From positions 6,264,001-6,328,000 of the forward strand of contig NC_045696.1 of NCBI RefSeq assembly GCF_009834535.1: a stretch of DNA of 64,000 nucleotides, written 5' to 3'. Positions 38,040 through 51,205 of this stretch are shown piece after piece. The notes under the pieces are model-generated. The model ran no database searches, had not been told where the DNA came from, and saw only the letters and a list, made by a program, of their open reading frames with translations. The position numbers were made by a program, and so were the translations under genes. The stretch's first letter is position 1, and every line of letters starts with the position of its first letter. The stretch comes from Camelus ferus (Eukaryota).

Positions 38040-38567
38040 CGTTACCAAACAAAAATTCCTGAGCCAATGAGGCCAAACAAACCAGAATGTTGGAGTTTGG
38101 AGCAGAGAAAGGTTTATTGCAGGGCCAAACTAGGAGAATGGGTGGCTTGTGCTCAAAAAGCCCAAACTTTCCGACGGTTTTTGGGGAAAAGTTTTTACAG
38201 GCAAAATTTGGGGTGGGGGCAGCCAGGTGTGTTTCTTCTGATTGGCTGGTGGGGAGATAACAGGGCTGTGCTCCAGGAGCCTTGTGCTCAGCCTGAAGTT
38301 ACCATCCTCCACATGAGTGGGGGCCTTAGTTCCCACAGAAGATCTCAGAGATACAGTTAGGTATGTTCCTTGAGGAGGAACCAGGACCCTGCCCAAGGCT
38401 GCACTGTTGTTTCCTGACTGCTCCTCCCTCTGCGTTCCATTCCTTCCCTGGTGAAGCTGCCCTTTGGAACTCAGGGAAGGTCAAGGAGGCTGAAGGAAGC
38501 CTATGTCCTACTAACAAGAAATGGAGGACATGGAAAGGATCTGTACGAGGGACCCTGCTCTGTTTCA
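38040..38567 (-). mobile_element. Solo ERV LTR with 4-bp TSD
   Basis: (T>C)GTTACC...TGTTTCA termini; AAAT at 38036-38039 and 38568-38571; tttatt (minus-strand polyA signal) near 38114; ctgattgg CCAAT element. Confidence 0.75.
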
Positions 38568-39184
38568 AAATCAGATTCAAGGGGAGGAAATTGATTTTGT
38601 ACCAAGTACCGTGCTAGAACACAGAAAGTTCCCCTCATGTGCGGTAACCAGGAGGCAGCTCTACTCGTGTTCCTGCTCCAACCTCTTGCTTCTACTAGAC
38701 TGGGGAATTTGTGGACCAGAAAAAAAAAAAATGGGGGTGGATACTCACATGGGTTTCCTTGTTCTACTGCTGGCGTCTCCATACCAGGCTCCTTCCAGAC
38801 TTTCTCCAGCAGGCGCGGGGGCGTCAGCGCTGGGGGGCTTCCTCTCCACTGCGGGGCACTTCTCACTCCCCTCCTCCCTGTGGCACTCACTCTATTTGCG
38901 CTGTGTCCCCAGAGGAGACTGAATCTTGACCTCTCTTCTCTTTCTTGGCTCTCTGATATTTTCTGTACATTCTGATTATCCAGTCCATAATTTTGGCATT
39001 ATTTTCTGTGTTTCTCTCCATCATGATAAAGGACCTTGCACCTTTTCCACCTTCCTCTGTGTTGATGGTTAACTGTTTACAAATATCACCATTACGACTT
39101 TGTTTCTATTAAATGTGCCTTAATGTTTTTGGTTTATTCATTGGAATCATTCCCCCCCCCCATTTTGCAGTGTAATTTTTAAAG

Positions 39185-39475
39185 TTAATTTTTTTTATGG
39201 AAATGTAGTTGATTTACCGTGTTAGTTTCGGGTGGACAGCAAAGCAATTCAGTTATAAATATACATACATATACATTTTTTCTTTTCAGATTCTTTTCCA
39301 TTATACGTTATTACAAGACATCGAATAGAGTTCCCTGTGCTATACAGTAGGCCCTTGTTGTTTATCTGTTTTACACATAGTAATGTGTTATCTGTTAATC
39401 CCAAACTCCTAGTTTATCCCTCCCCTGCCCTTTCCCCTTTGGTAATTGTAGTTTGTTTTCTGTGTCCGCGTGTAG
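39185..39475 (-). mobile_element. LINE-1 3' end fragment
   Basis: T-tract then gtagttgattta...gttccctgtgctatacagtagg...cccaaactcctagtttatccc. Confidence 0.88.
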
Positions 39476-40809
39476 TGTAATTTTTGTCACCTCTGTGTGT
39501 GGTAAGTATATCTGGGAGGTTTCTTCATGTCTTACTCTTGGCTTCCCTAAAGCCACGTTCTTTACTGACACATGATGGAAATAAGGCTCCCCAGGAAGAG
39601 CTGCTCCAGACTGGAGGGCTGCTGTGGCGACGGTGAACACTGATCTACCTTGTATTTCCATGCCTTCACTATTTACCATTTGAGAATTTGGAAAGTGTTG
39701 GAAAATGACTTCTTGTTTGAAGCACACTCGCAGTAACCTTAGCCTTTGGACTAGAAGCTCTTGGATGCCTTTGGAAAAAGAGGACGCCTCACAGGACCTG
39801 AGGGGAGGGATTGTGATTCACTCTTTCTTAAAAGGAAATTTAAATGTTAGCACTGTGATTTTTGCAGCCAGTCCTCCTCACTTACTAGAGTGCCAGCACT
39901 CAGGTATGTGGCCATTTGACCGAATGAGCTGGACTCAGGAACGTGTGCGGAAACCTTACTTTTCTCACCGCTGCTCCTCCCCACCCGCTAAGAGGATGTA
40001 CCCTCCTCTCAAATGACATCCCAGGTCCATTCAGAGTTTTTATGATCACTTGTAATTGTTAACGCACAATTTTATTTTCAGGTATTCAGAAATCCAGTTA
40101 ATTCTTAAACAAACTCCAATCTCCTATTCAGGTTCAAGGTTCATGCCTCCCTCGGTTCTGAGCTGTTTCAGGGTGAGAAACTTCAGTGTCCACTTCTCCT
40201 GTCGGCTCCTTCCTCCTCCAGTGACCTTGAAATCAGTGATGGGCTGAGTTCACCAGGTCGGATTTGGGGCGGCTCTAAACATATTCTACCTCACAGTTTG
40301 GTGCCTCTCTTTAGACAAGGGCTTCTGCCAAAACTCTAAGTTCCCCTAGGAACTTAATGTCCTGCTCCAGTTAAAAAGAAAAAGAAAAAAAATAGTACAT
40401 TAACTATAAAGTGCCAGTTGCCAACAGCGCATATCAAACAATTCCAGCCATAACAGAATTTTTAAAAACTTTGTTCAGCTTACTGACACCCAAGGAACAC
40501 CTTGTCCATCTCCCCCAGTTTCAGTTTGTTCTGTATCTTTAGGAGCAAAAAGAGAAGTAAATATACAGGTGGTACTGAGGTGAGCATCTGCTGGAACAGT
40601 CACCCCAAAAGATGTCTATACTTAGAACATTCCAAGAATTTTCTGAAGAATCAAGGGAAATTGTCCACAACACGTACCGGTTTTCCCTTGTGCTTAGGAT
40701 TTAATCTGCCCCTTCAAGAGCTTTTCTGTGTAAGCTGTCACTCTGTTCTCTTTGGTTAAAGTCCCAAGGCTTCTAAGTGGTTAAGCATTTAACTATTATT
40801 GGGAATGTT

Positions 40810-41472
40810 TTGGAGCAGCCATTATGGAAAACAGTATGAAAAAAACTGAAAATAGACCTACCATATGATCCAGCACTCCTACATATATCTGGAGGGAACT
40901 CTAATTCGAAAAGATACACGCACCCCAATGCTCACAGCAGCACTATTTACAATAGCCAAGACGTGGAAACAACTTAAATGTTCATTGGCAGATGACTGGA
41001 TAAAGAAGTTGTGGTATATTTATACAGTGGAATACTACTCAGCCATAAAAAGAATAAAATAATGCCATTTGCAGCAACATGGGACATGGAGATCATCAGT
41101 CTAAGTGAAGTAAGCCAGAAAGAGAAAAAAAAATACCATTTGCTATCACTTTTATGTGGCATCTAAAAGAAAAAGCACTTGAATTTATTTACAAAACAGA
41201 AACAGACTCACAGACAGAAAATAAACGTATGGCTGCCAGTAGGGAAAGGATGGGGGAAGCGATAAACTGGGAGTTTGAGATTTGCAGATACTAACTAATA
41301 ATATATAAAGTAGATAAAGAACAAATTTCTGCTGTAGAGCACAGGGAACTATATTCAACATCTTGTAGTAAACTATAACAAATATGTACATATGTGTATG
41401 CATGACCGAAACACTATGCTGTACACCAGAAATTGATACAATATTGTTAACTGACTATATTTGAATTAAAAA
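40810..41472 (+). mobile_element. LINE-1 3' fragment with ORF2 C-terminal remnant
   Basis: ORF 40865..41062 (KDTRTPMLTAALFTIAKTWKQ...WIKKLWYIYTVEYYSAIK) followed by the L1 3' UTR. Confidence 0.93.
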
Positions 41473-42169
41473 TTAACCATTATCATTTAAAAATATACTA
41501 GCTTTTTCTCAAGCTAGTATCTTTGGTCACTGATACTCACCCATCCCTGAAACCCCCAGTGCGGCCCTCAAAGTCTGGGAGGGGAATCCTGATAGCACAT
41601 GACACAAAGTCTTGCCAATCCACTTAGAACTCGCGCCCTGGAGGAGCACCATCAGAGTGAGAGCCAGTGGGGATTATACAACTTTACAGATCTCTATGTA
41701 CCAGATCTTTTAATTTTATACTAAAACAGCATATTGCACTATTGAAATTCAATATGGAAATATTTCTTTTGGTATTAAATAAGAGTTTCCAGAAATGCAT
41801 ATGTTAGCAACTAAAAATAGAGAAAGTCCCAAATTTGTCATTTTTCCATAGTGATAGGAGAGACTTAACACTTTTCTTGGCACTCCAAGGAATGCAATTC
41901 ATGTTATCACTGCTTCCAGGTCACAGAAACAGAGAGCTTTCTCTTCGTGAGCACCTGCAGCTCTGAGTAGCTGAAAACATGAGCTTTGGGCGTCTTCAAG
42001 TGCAGAGTCTCACGAAGCATGGGGTGGGGCCAGGCGGCAGGTGCCGGGAGGTCCCGTAACTCTCACTGAGGGCAACTCCCGTGGAAGATGTCAGTTCTCT
42101 GCTGGGTAACTTCGGGTGACTGGGCTGGGCTCTTTTAGCGGTGCTGGGAGGGAGTGAGGGACAACCTGG

Positions 42170-42560
42170 GAGTTAATCAGGGAAGACTAACAGCTCTAAC
42201 AACCCCCCAAATTTCAGTGGTCCAAAAAAAGTTATTTCTCTCTCAGCCCAGTACAGGGGTTGCTGGTGTGGTGGCTCTCCTGGGTATCTCTCTTGTGAGC
42301 GGTGACGCAGGGATCCAGCCTCCTTCCCTCCCAGCCTCTGTCTAGATTTTGCTCTTCTCTGTGTCCGCAGAAGCTGTTCATTCAGCCAGTTGGTGGGAAA
42401 GAGAGTGGACGCTTATGCGGGAGTGTTTCATTGGTGGGCTTCCACCCACTTCCCATTGGCCAGAATTCAGTCATGTGACCACACCTGATTGCAAAGGAGA
42501 CAGGGAAATATAGTCCACCTGGGTGCCCAGGAGGAAAGGGACATTGGCAGATGCTTGGCC
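42170..42560. mobile_element. Old MLT1 LTR
   Basis: ctaacaaccccccaaatttcagtgg...cccattggccagaattcagtcatgtgaccacacctgattgcaaaggag. Confidence 0.7.
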
Positions 42561-42864
42561 GGTTTCCCCTGTGCCCACGAAGTGCTGTAAAACCTGCTTG
42601 GATCATAGAGGAGGAGCTGCAGGCCCGTCATTCCACATTCCTCTCTCCATACTGACTTTCTTTTCTTCCTCTCTGTCTCCCATGACCACAAAATAAGTTT
42701 TTTGTTTTTTGTTTTTTTCTCTCATGGCAAAACTCTACATGTCACTGTGAACAACTGAAAAAAATAATTACATAAAACCCCATCAACTCGGTAACAATAA
42801 ATATTTTGATGGACAACTTTTCAGTTGGGGTAACAGGAAAAATTTTAAGCTTCTATGGGATTTT

Positions 42865-43366
42865 TTTAATTGAAGTATAATCAGTCACAATGTGTCACTT
42901 TCCAGTGTACAGCGTAATGTCCCAGTCATGCATCTACATACATATATTCCTTTTAATATTCTTTTTCATTAAAGGCTGTTATGCAATATTGAATATAGTT
43001 CCCTGTGCTATCCAGAAGACATTTGTTTTTTATCTGTTTTTATATATAGTGGCTAATGTTGGCAAATCTCAAATTCCCAAGTTTATCCCTTTCCACTCCT
43101 TTTCCCCTGGTAACCATAAGATTGTTTACTATGTCTGAGAGTTTGTTTCTGTTTTGTACATGAATTCATTAGTATCCTCTTTTTTCTTTTCTTTTTTTTT
43201 TTTAGATTCCACATGTAAATGATACCATATGGTATTTTTCTTTCTCTTTCCGGCCTACTTCACTTAGAATAATGATCTCCAGGTCCATCCATGTTGCTGC
43301 AAATGGCATTATTTTATTCTTTTTAATGGCTGAGTAGTATTCCATTGTATAAATATACCACAACTG
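42865..43366 (-). mobile_element. LINE-1 3' end fragment with 12-bp TSD
   Basis: L1 3' UTR sequence; CTATGGGATTTT at 42853-42864 and 43367-43378. Confidence 0.92.
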
Positions 43367-45129
43367 CTATGGGATTTTGATGAGAGGGTTGGTGCTCACA
43401 TCTGGGATATTAAAAAAAGGAAAAGGAAGGATTTACTGATAGAGGGACAAGATGTGGCCGTGGGAGATGTTAAAGATAACAGGGTGAGCATGCTGGACCG
43501 GGAGGCCTGGAAGACGGGGATGCCGTTTCTAAGAATAGGAAGGTTCATGAGGAAGTGAAGGATGGAGGTGGATAGAAAAGAGAAGGGAGGAGAAGTTTGG
43601 AGAATTTGGTTACTGACCTTCAGCTTTGAAGAGTTCAGCAGGAGGCAGGTTAGAGCTGACGGGACAGCGTGGAGCTGGTGGGTTCTGAAGACCACTGAGG
43701 AGGGGAGAGATTTACCCCTAGGAATGGGTGTGGTCACATTGTGAAAGCTCTCCCAGTGGAGTTCTCTAGACGTCATCTCGCAAGGAATGAAAGAAAGCAA
43801 GTGAAGTGACAGGCAGTGTTGACTGTCTGGTCTTCTGGGAAACATGCTGGCGAAGCCCAGAGCTCTACCATCTTTGTCTCTGTGTCTGAGAATCGTAGCG
43901 CCTTCCTGGCTTAATTAGCTTTTGCTGAAACAAGGGAAAGTGAGATATTGAATGCTGGCTTAAGTGGAGTCGAGAGATGTTTTGGATTCTTTGTTTTAGA
44001 GTAGAAGAAATTTCTCTTGCACAGGGAGAATAGCCACTGCTGGAAGAAAGATGGAAGGTACAAAGAGAAAGGACAGTGGGTAAGACGGCATGTTGGAAAC
44101 CCTTGGCAGGGCTGTCTCACAGGCTTAGCAGGAGGGGTTCAATTTGGAAAGACACAAGAGAGATTTTTTCCTCTGAGTCCCAGAAAAAGGGGAGGAGATG
44201 GGTGCAGCTACTGAGAAACCTCGAGCGGGAGAGGCTCACATTGAAAGAACTCACTTTTTGTGGCTTCATTCTTCTTAAGAAGATGAAAAGCTAGATCATC
44301 CTCTAGGAGTGAAGCGAGAGCCGGTTTGGGGTAAGAGAAAAATAGAAGGCTTCCAGTGGCTGTGCTGGCTATTTCATAGGCAGTGGATTAGAGAGGAATG
44401 AAAAAAGTTAAAAAGAGTAGAAGTAAATTCCAAATGAGTTTAGAAAGTGACAGGATTTGAGGTAGACCCAAGCAGTACAGGTACATGATCTCCCCAGTGA
44501 TGCTTGGTCTGTGGGATTGGGGTGGAGGAAGAAAAGGGGGTGCCCAGCCTCCTGGTTAGGGAGGAGAGGAGAGATTTCAGGGGACCAGTGTGCTGACCAC
44601 GGGGAGGTAAGTGAGACCGTGAGTTGACAGGGGGTCTGGGAAAACAGAGACCAGGCGAGGAAGAGGGGGCTTAACAAGGGTACAGGGGGTTTCAGAAAGA
44701 GAGTGAGGGCGAGGGAAAGATGGAAGGAGAGGAGGCTGTGGTTTGTGGGAGGGATTTACTTAGACAGACTTCTGCCCTCGTCAGGTCAAACCCCGCCTGG
44801 GCTGTGTACCTTATTTAATCATTCTCATCGTGCTGGCTGGCTCGAATTTGGGGTTTCAGTGTTTGTGAGAATAGGATACCCTGGGAAAGGAAATGTAAAA
44901 TCGTCTCTCTTCTGCCGCGGGAAGACGGCACTTGGAGTGTTTAGTTCCAGACATCTCTTTTTAACTCTGTTTTCTCCGCAAAGCTTGTTGCCTGAACCTT
45001 GGGAATCTGGAACAGGACCCCTTCTCTGCTGCTGTCCTGGTCCAGGCCTCCGTGGACCATGGCTCTGCTTTGCTTACCAGTCTGCCTCCTTCTGCTATAA
45101 CCTTTCGTGGGTCTGTTCTCCAAGCAGCT

Positions 45130-45675
45130 AAAGTGACCTGTTAAAACACTGAGTTAGACCATGTTACTCCACGGCCAAAACCTGGAAATCAAGGCCAAGT
45201 CTTCACGTTGTGCCGTCTGACCATCTTGATCTCATCTCCTACTGCCTAACCCTTTGTTCTCTCCGCTCCACCCACACAGGCTTTCTTGGTGTTTCTCAAG
45301 AATTCCAGGCATGTTCCTACCCCAGGGCCTTTGCAGTTGCTGTTCCTTCAGTCTGGAATATTCTGCCCACGTAGAGCAGCCCATTCCCTCCCTTCCTTTA
45401 GGTCTTTATCACCTTCATAGTAAGACTGTCCCTGTCCATCCCTCACGGTGCCCCCACCCTTTACCCCATTCTCCTCAGTTTTATCTCACCTTCTAACATG
45501 CTGTTAATTTTTGTCTTTTTTTTTTTTTTTTTTTTTTACTGCATGTCTCCTCCATTGAGGTGGTGAGTTCATAAGAACTGGGGTTTTCATTTCGTTTGTT
45601 TGTGGCTGCAGCCTTACTTCACACAACAGTTCCTGGCACAGAGCAGGGGCTCAGTAATTCATTGAATGAATGAAT
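45130..45675 (+). mobile_element. L2 LINE 3' fragment
   Basis: cagggcctttgcagttgctgttccttcagtctggaa...cagttcctggcacagagcaggggctcagtaattcattgaatgaatgaat tail. Confidence 0.78.
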
Positions 45676-47994
45676 ATTGAATTAAACCAGCTGCAAATGT
45701 TGCAAATGCATATGCTTATGGTAGAAAGATGGGAAAACACAGAAAAGGATAAGGAAGAAAATAAAAATAGTCCAAAATTGTATCTAGAACTAATCTCCAC
45801 TAACATTTCAGTGTCATCTTTTTTTTTTTTTTTAACCTACACACAGAACGAATGCGTCAGTAAGGATACTGGCAAATGGAATGTGATGGCATGCCCAGGG
45901 GGTAAATAAAGATCTGAAATCACATCATCTGAAGGACATTTTGAGGGATGTTTGGCCTGGAGATTAGAAGGCTCTGGGGAGCGTGATGAAAGCTTTAGAT
46001 ATTACTGTGTCTAAGACCAATTATACTTAGTACTCTACATAAGTCTAGGTTAGCCTGAGCCTCCATTGGTGGGGAAGGCTCCAAAAGGGTGATTTCAGCT
46101 CCATAGAAAGGTCGGTTCTCTCCAGCTGGCCACCTTCTAGTGGGGCTAAATTCTAAAAGACAGAACTTTCCATCACTAGTAGTTCAGATAGAAGCCCGAT
46201 GGCCACACGTTAGCTGTGCTCTACTTGGGGGTCTCATCTGAAGAATCTCAAATTCAAGAAGCTTCTAACAGGTTTAAACCGGTAACAGTAACTTTGCCCT
46301 CAGTAGAGGGACATTTCTTACACTCCGGTGGACTTTTTTTCTTTTCTATAAAATATCCTAATTGTTTCCTATATTGTAATAACTTGTATGAAATAACTAT
46401 GTAGTGTTTATGTATTTAATTTTTGGTGATAAACCCCTTGGTACTCACAGTGTAAGTGTCTGGGAAGAGTGTGAACTAGCCATGCATTAAACCGGATCAG
46501 ACAAGTCATTGGTTTTCTTTTAACAGAAGGATTTCTTGATTTTTAGAAACATACTCCTCCAGAAACATCAGGAACGCATTAAGCTACATAATAACTAAGA
46601 TTTTAAAGCCAGGTTTTGAAGACCCTCTAAACCCAATTGGGATAAACACGGTAAAGCTTGTCATGGTGATGATGTCATCTGTCCCGTAAACATCTTTCAG
46701 CCTTGGGGGATCACCGCAGACCTATCAGTAGAATCCATAAACAAACCATTAGAAAATACACGCAAAGGAAAGTCAGTCATCTGAGCAATTTAACTGGAAG
46801 AATCACAGGGCATCTTGATGGATCTGTAAGTGAGCTGAGAGCACGAACAGTGCATTGTATTTTCGCTTGGAAGCTGTTGATTTTTCCCGTTGATCTATTT
46901 ATAAGGAGAATGACATGACTTCTATTTGAATTGCCCTGCTAAGTATGTTACACGTTATATATTTTAAGTCAGTTTGAAATAAAACTTCTTTGGAATAAAT
47001 TTGATGGCACTTTAATTTCAACCATTCACAAAATAAATTTTCAATTGTTTAAGAGTCTGTGTAAGCCTGACAAATTGCCTTAAAATGCATGTTATGATCG
47101 CTTTTTCAGTTATTATTACTGATACGGCAGCTGTTTAAGGCTTGTTTTGCACTCCAGCAAGTGGTAATCTATGGCCTAAAACAAGTCCTTCCTGTTATTA
47201 AAAACGAAGTGCAATTAAGTGTATTATCATAATGTAAGGTGAAACGGGAGACAAAGCACTTTTTCAGCCAGAGCTGTCCAGGCACCCGCCTTCATGCTCT
47301 AAATTTATTTGGATTACGAAAATGAACGAGGGGGTTTTTACTCAGGTCACTGCGGTTGAGTAATCTGGACTTTTCTTCAAATTTCATTTGAATGAAGCGC
47401 TTTAAACAGAAACATCTGGGCGTGTAAAAGCCTGCATCAGAACTCCTACAAGGCAATAAAAAGAGTAATAAGAATTTATAATTGGATGGCATCTTTCATC
47501 CAGATGGGTCCGACAGCATTGTAAAAGCTCGTTTAGAAAGCAAGATAGATACACAGCGGTGTGCTTACCACTCGCAGTTGTGGTCCAGCTAAGTGAAATT
47601 TGAGGTGTACAAACTCCCCCTGCCGCCAGACCTGCCACAGCCGCCAGACTGCTGCAGGGGCAGCTAAGGAAAGGAGCTCTCGCCCGGGGGTGAGTTCTGC
47701 AGGATTGTGAGTCGGATCCAGACTTGGCCTCCTCACCTGACCCTCTTTATCTGCCTCCATCGTCCCCTGCAGTGTGCCGCCCACCACTGTCATCACCAGA
47801 ATGTCCTCTCACTGAGAGCTTGGAGGCTGGTTAGTCGGCTGACACGGGCCAGTGTTTGATGGAGGCAGACTGAGAAGTTTCACACCCAGAAGAGGCTAAT
47901 CCTTCAGAAAGGTGACAAGGGACATTGGGAACCTCCCAAGGCAGGGTCTGGTGCTTGTCTCGGTGTCGATGTATCACGGGGTGACTGAGGCTAG

Positions 47995-48290
47995 AAGCCA
48001 CATTTTAGAAAAGGTAAATGTAGAACGAAACAGGTGAAATTAATTTTAATCACGTGTTTTCTTTACGTGCTTTAGATACTGTGTCAGTATCTGCTGAGAA
48101 AAGCCAGTATATCCAAGACGGAATCCTTTCAACATGTAGTCAATATAAAAATGATTAATGAGATATTTCTTTTTTTTTTTTCTGTATTAAGTCTTCAAAA
48201 TCTGGTGGTATTTTACACTAACATCGCTTCTCAATTTGGACTCGCCGGCTCCAGTGCTCAAAAGCCACACATGACTAGTGGTTGCTGTAA
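47995..48290. mobile_element. MER33/MER3-type hAT-Charlie remnant
   Basis: aaacaggtgaaattaattttaat...tttcaacatgtagtcaatataaaa...aagtcttcaaaatctggt...agccacacatgactagtgg. Confidence 0.75.
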
Positions 48291-50459
48291 GGGGTCCCTG
48301 ATCTAGAAGTTACCATTTTTGTTGGGATCCAGAGATGCTCCATCAGTGAGGTGAGGACCGTCACACCTGCACGTTAGAACCTAGGATTCTGATGGCATAA
48401 GGAAGTGCGTTTACTCCTGTCTGTGGAGGCTGAACTGATGTTTTTGCTTCCCAGTTGTCCAGGATAGATGCTGGGAAGTCTGTTCCTGGGGGAAAGGATT
48501 TATGCAACTGTGAAAGGAGCTCAGTCTCGTTGTACAGAATAGAGAGTGTATCTTGGAGCAGTGGAGCAGCTGTCCTGGTGGTCAGAGGCGAATTGTCAGC
48601 AGAGCTTGAATAAGAGTCACAGGGAGCTCTTTGACTTGCCGGTTACAACCAGGAACCCAGGGCACTTCCTGTCTCTGTCTCCCCGTCAGTATCAGTCATA
48701 CCTGGTCACGTGGCTGAAAGCAAAGGGCTGTGGTACCTTGTGAAATTGCACCCCTCCGATGAAACCATGGAAACCGACACACTGGGTCACTCATTTGGCC
48801 ACTTAGCCCTAGGACAAGCTTTGGCCAGAAACCAATTCCAAAAATCTGGAATTGCCCCCAGCCAGTGCCTCTCCCACGGCCGCTCAGTTGGGTAGTTAAG
48901 TGGGCAGTGACTGCCAGGTGCCTCGTTCTCATTAGACCCCTTCATCACCCTGGACATGTTTCTATCTTTTTGGTCCAAGAGCAGTGAAGGAAGGAGGACC
49001 AAGTGGATCCAGGACACATTTAATTCTATTTTCCTTTCATAGCACTAGCTCCTGAGATGTTATTGACCAAAAAAAAAAAGTCCATCTGTTAAATTTATCC
49101 ACTTTTTTTTTTTTGGTTAAACAAAGACTTTACTTGCAAAAAGAAATTTTAGGGTTGAAATAATTTCGGGCACATCATTTTGGCATTTCTAAGTGCAGAC
49201 TGACCATGACTAATTGCACAATTTTAATCTAACATTTTGAAATATGAACACCCATGAGATCCCGTTGCCTCATCTGCTCCCGCATCCTTTTATCCACCAC
49301 ACACAGAGTCTCAGGCTCTGTGTTGGGTTCTGAACATTCAAAAACGTGGCCTGTTGTCTCCAAATGTAATGGTGGGTACAGCTGTACAAACAGGAGCCTT
49401 GATGGAGGATGCGCAAAACACTGGGGACACAGCAGAGGGGGTGACATTCCAGGAGGAGGCTTCACTTAGGAAGCGAGTCTAGATCCGGTATGGAAGGATG
49501 GAGAGGGGTTCTCAAGGTAGTTTACAAAGAAGGGAGAGTATTTTAGGCCTGGGAGAGAACGGCTGTTCTGGAAACCATGGTTATTTTTATGGGGCTGCTT
49601 CTTTCTGAGGCTCATCCTTGCCATTATCTGATCAGCTTTATAGTTTGGGCTTTGGATTGAGATGTCACAAATAGCTCTGGTGGCCCCCAGAGTCCCTGTG
49701 TGTAGGTTGGGTTTGGCTGGAGCCAACCTCAGTGTCTACTTGGAGAGCCCAGTTTCAGGGCTAACTTACCAGCAAGATATTTAACCCTGGTCTGATGGAG
49801 GTCCTCACGTGAGCTCTGTTTCTTGGGGCGCAGAGGGAGCTGATGGCTCATGGCCCATGTAATGCTTGTCATCAGCTATAACAAGCTAGGCCTGGGTCCA
49901 GAGACAGCTTGTGTAGGCAGGGCAGAGCCACAGAGAGGATGAGACAAGAAAAAGCACCAAGAAGTGTTGATTAAAAAGAAAAATTATGTGTGTGTGTTTC
50001 TTAATGGCTGAAGATGTGTATTTAATAGGAAGTTCCTTCTACCCTTGGAATCCCAGAGCGTTTTATCTGTATCCCTCTGGTGAAAAGAGAAGTTGTGTCA
50101 GGATCCAGCACGTTAATTTGTAAACACTAGTGAATATATGGGGCCAACATGGCAGCATATTTGAAATGGCGATTGAAGGGAAAAAAATCTAGGAAACACA
50201 GCAGCTTTCAGCAAGGAACACATTGTACTTTGTATTTATGTCCCGGCAATGTCTTGAAATGTAGGGCACATCCCTGATTCATCTTTGAGTCTTTCAGGCT
50301 GAAAAGCTGCTAGGTGAACACATTGTACGTTATCTGTACATGCCTGCTGTATGGAGGGATGAATGAGGGAATGGAAGAAGGTGCTCTGAAAATCATGAAA
50401 TAATTCTCAGTGTAAGACATCGCATAATTTTTGTCTGTACTAGGTGCTGAAAAATCTTT

Positions 50460-51205
50460 TATATTTTTAGTTTTAGTAAAATACACCTAACATAAAATCT
50501 ACCGTCTTAAGATTTTTAAGTGTTGTACAGTTCAGTGATGTTAAGTATATTCACATTGTTATGCAGCCAACCTTCTGGACTTTTTCATCTTGCAAAACTG
50601 AAACTCTGTACCCATGAATCAAAGACTTACCATTTCCTACTCTCTTGAACCCTTGGCAACTGCCATTCTATTTCCTGTTTCTATGAGATTTGACTATTCT
50701 GGGTGCCTCATAAAAGTGGGATCACACAGAATTTGTCCTTTTGTGCCTGGTTCATTTCACTGAGCATAGTGTTCTCCAGATCCGTGCATGTTGTGATGTG
50801 TGTGTCAGAATTTGCTTCCTTTTTAAGGCTGAATGATATTCCATTGTACGGATGGACCACATTTGTTTATTTGTTCATCTGTTGATGGACGTTTGGGTTG
50901 CTTCTACCTTTTGGCTGCTGTGAATAAGGGTGCTATGACCATTTGCCCTACAAATACCTCTTCAAAGTCTTGCTTTCAGTTCTTTGGAGTACATATACAG
51001 AAGTGGAATTGCCAGATCCTAGGGAAATTCTATTTTTAATTTTTTGAGGACCTGCCATAATGTTTTCCATGACAGCTGCACCATTTCACACTCCCACCAA
51101 CAGTGCGCGAGGGTTCCAGTTGCTCCACATCCTCACCAGTGCTTATTTATCATTTCCTGTTTTTGTTTTTGATTTTGTAGTAGCCAGCCTTCTGGATGTG
51201 AGGTG
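50460..51205 (-). mobile_element. L1MB-like 3' fragment
   Basis: aaatacacctaacataaaatctaccgtcttaa...ttttaaggctgaatgatattccattg...cccaccaacagtgcgcgagggttccagttgctccacatcctcacca. Confidence 0.88.

Noticed and set aside
41495..41520. ATACTAGCTT-N6-AAGCTAGTAT hairpin
   Set aside because: A single 10-bp stem is within chance expectation for 64 kb and has no supporting context.
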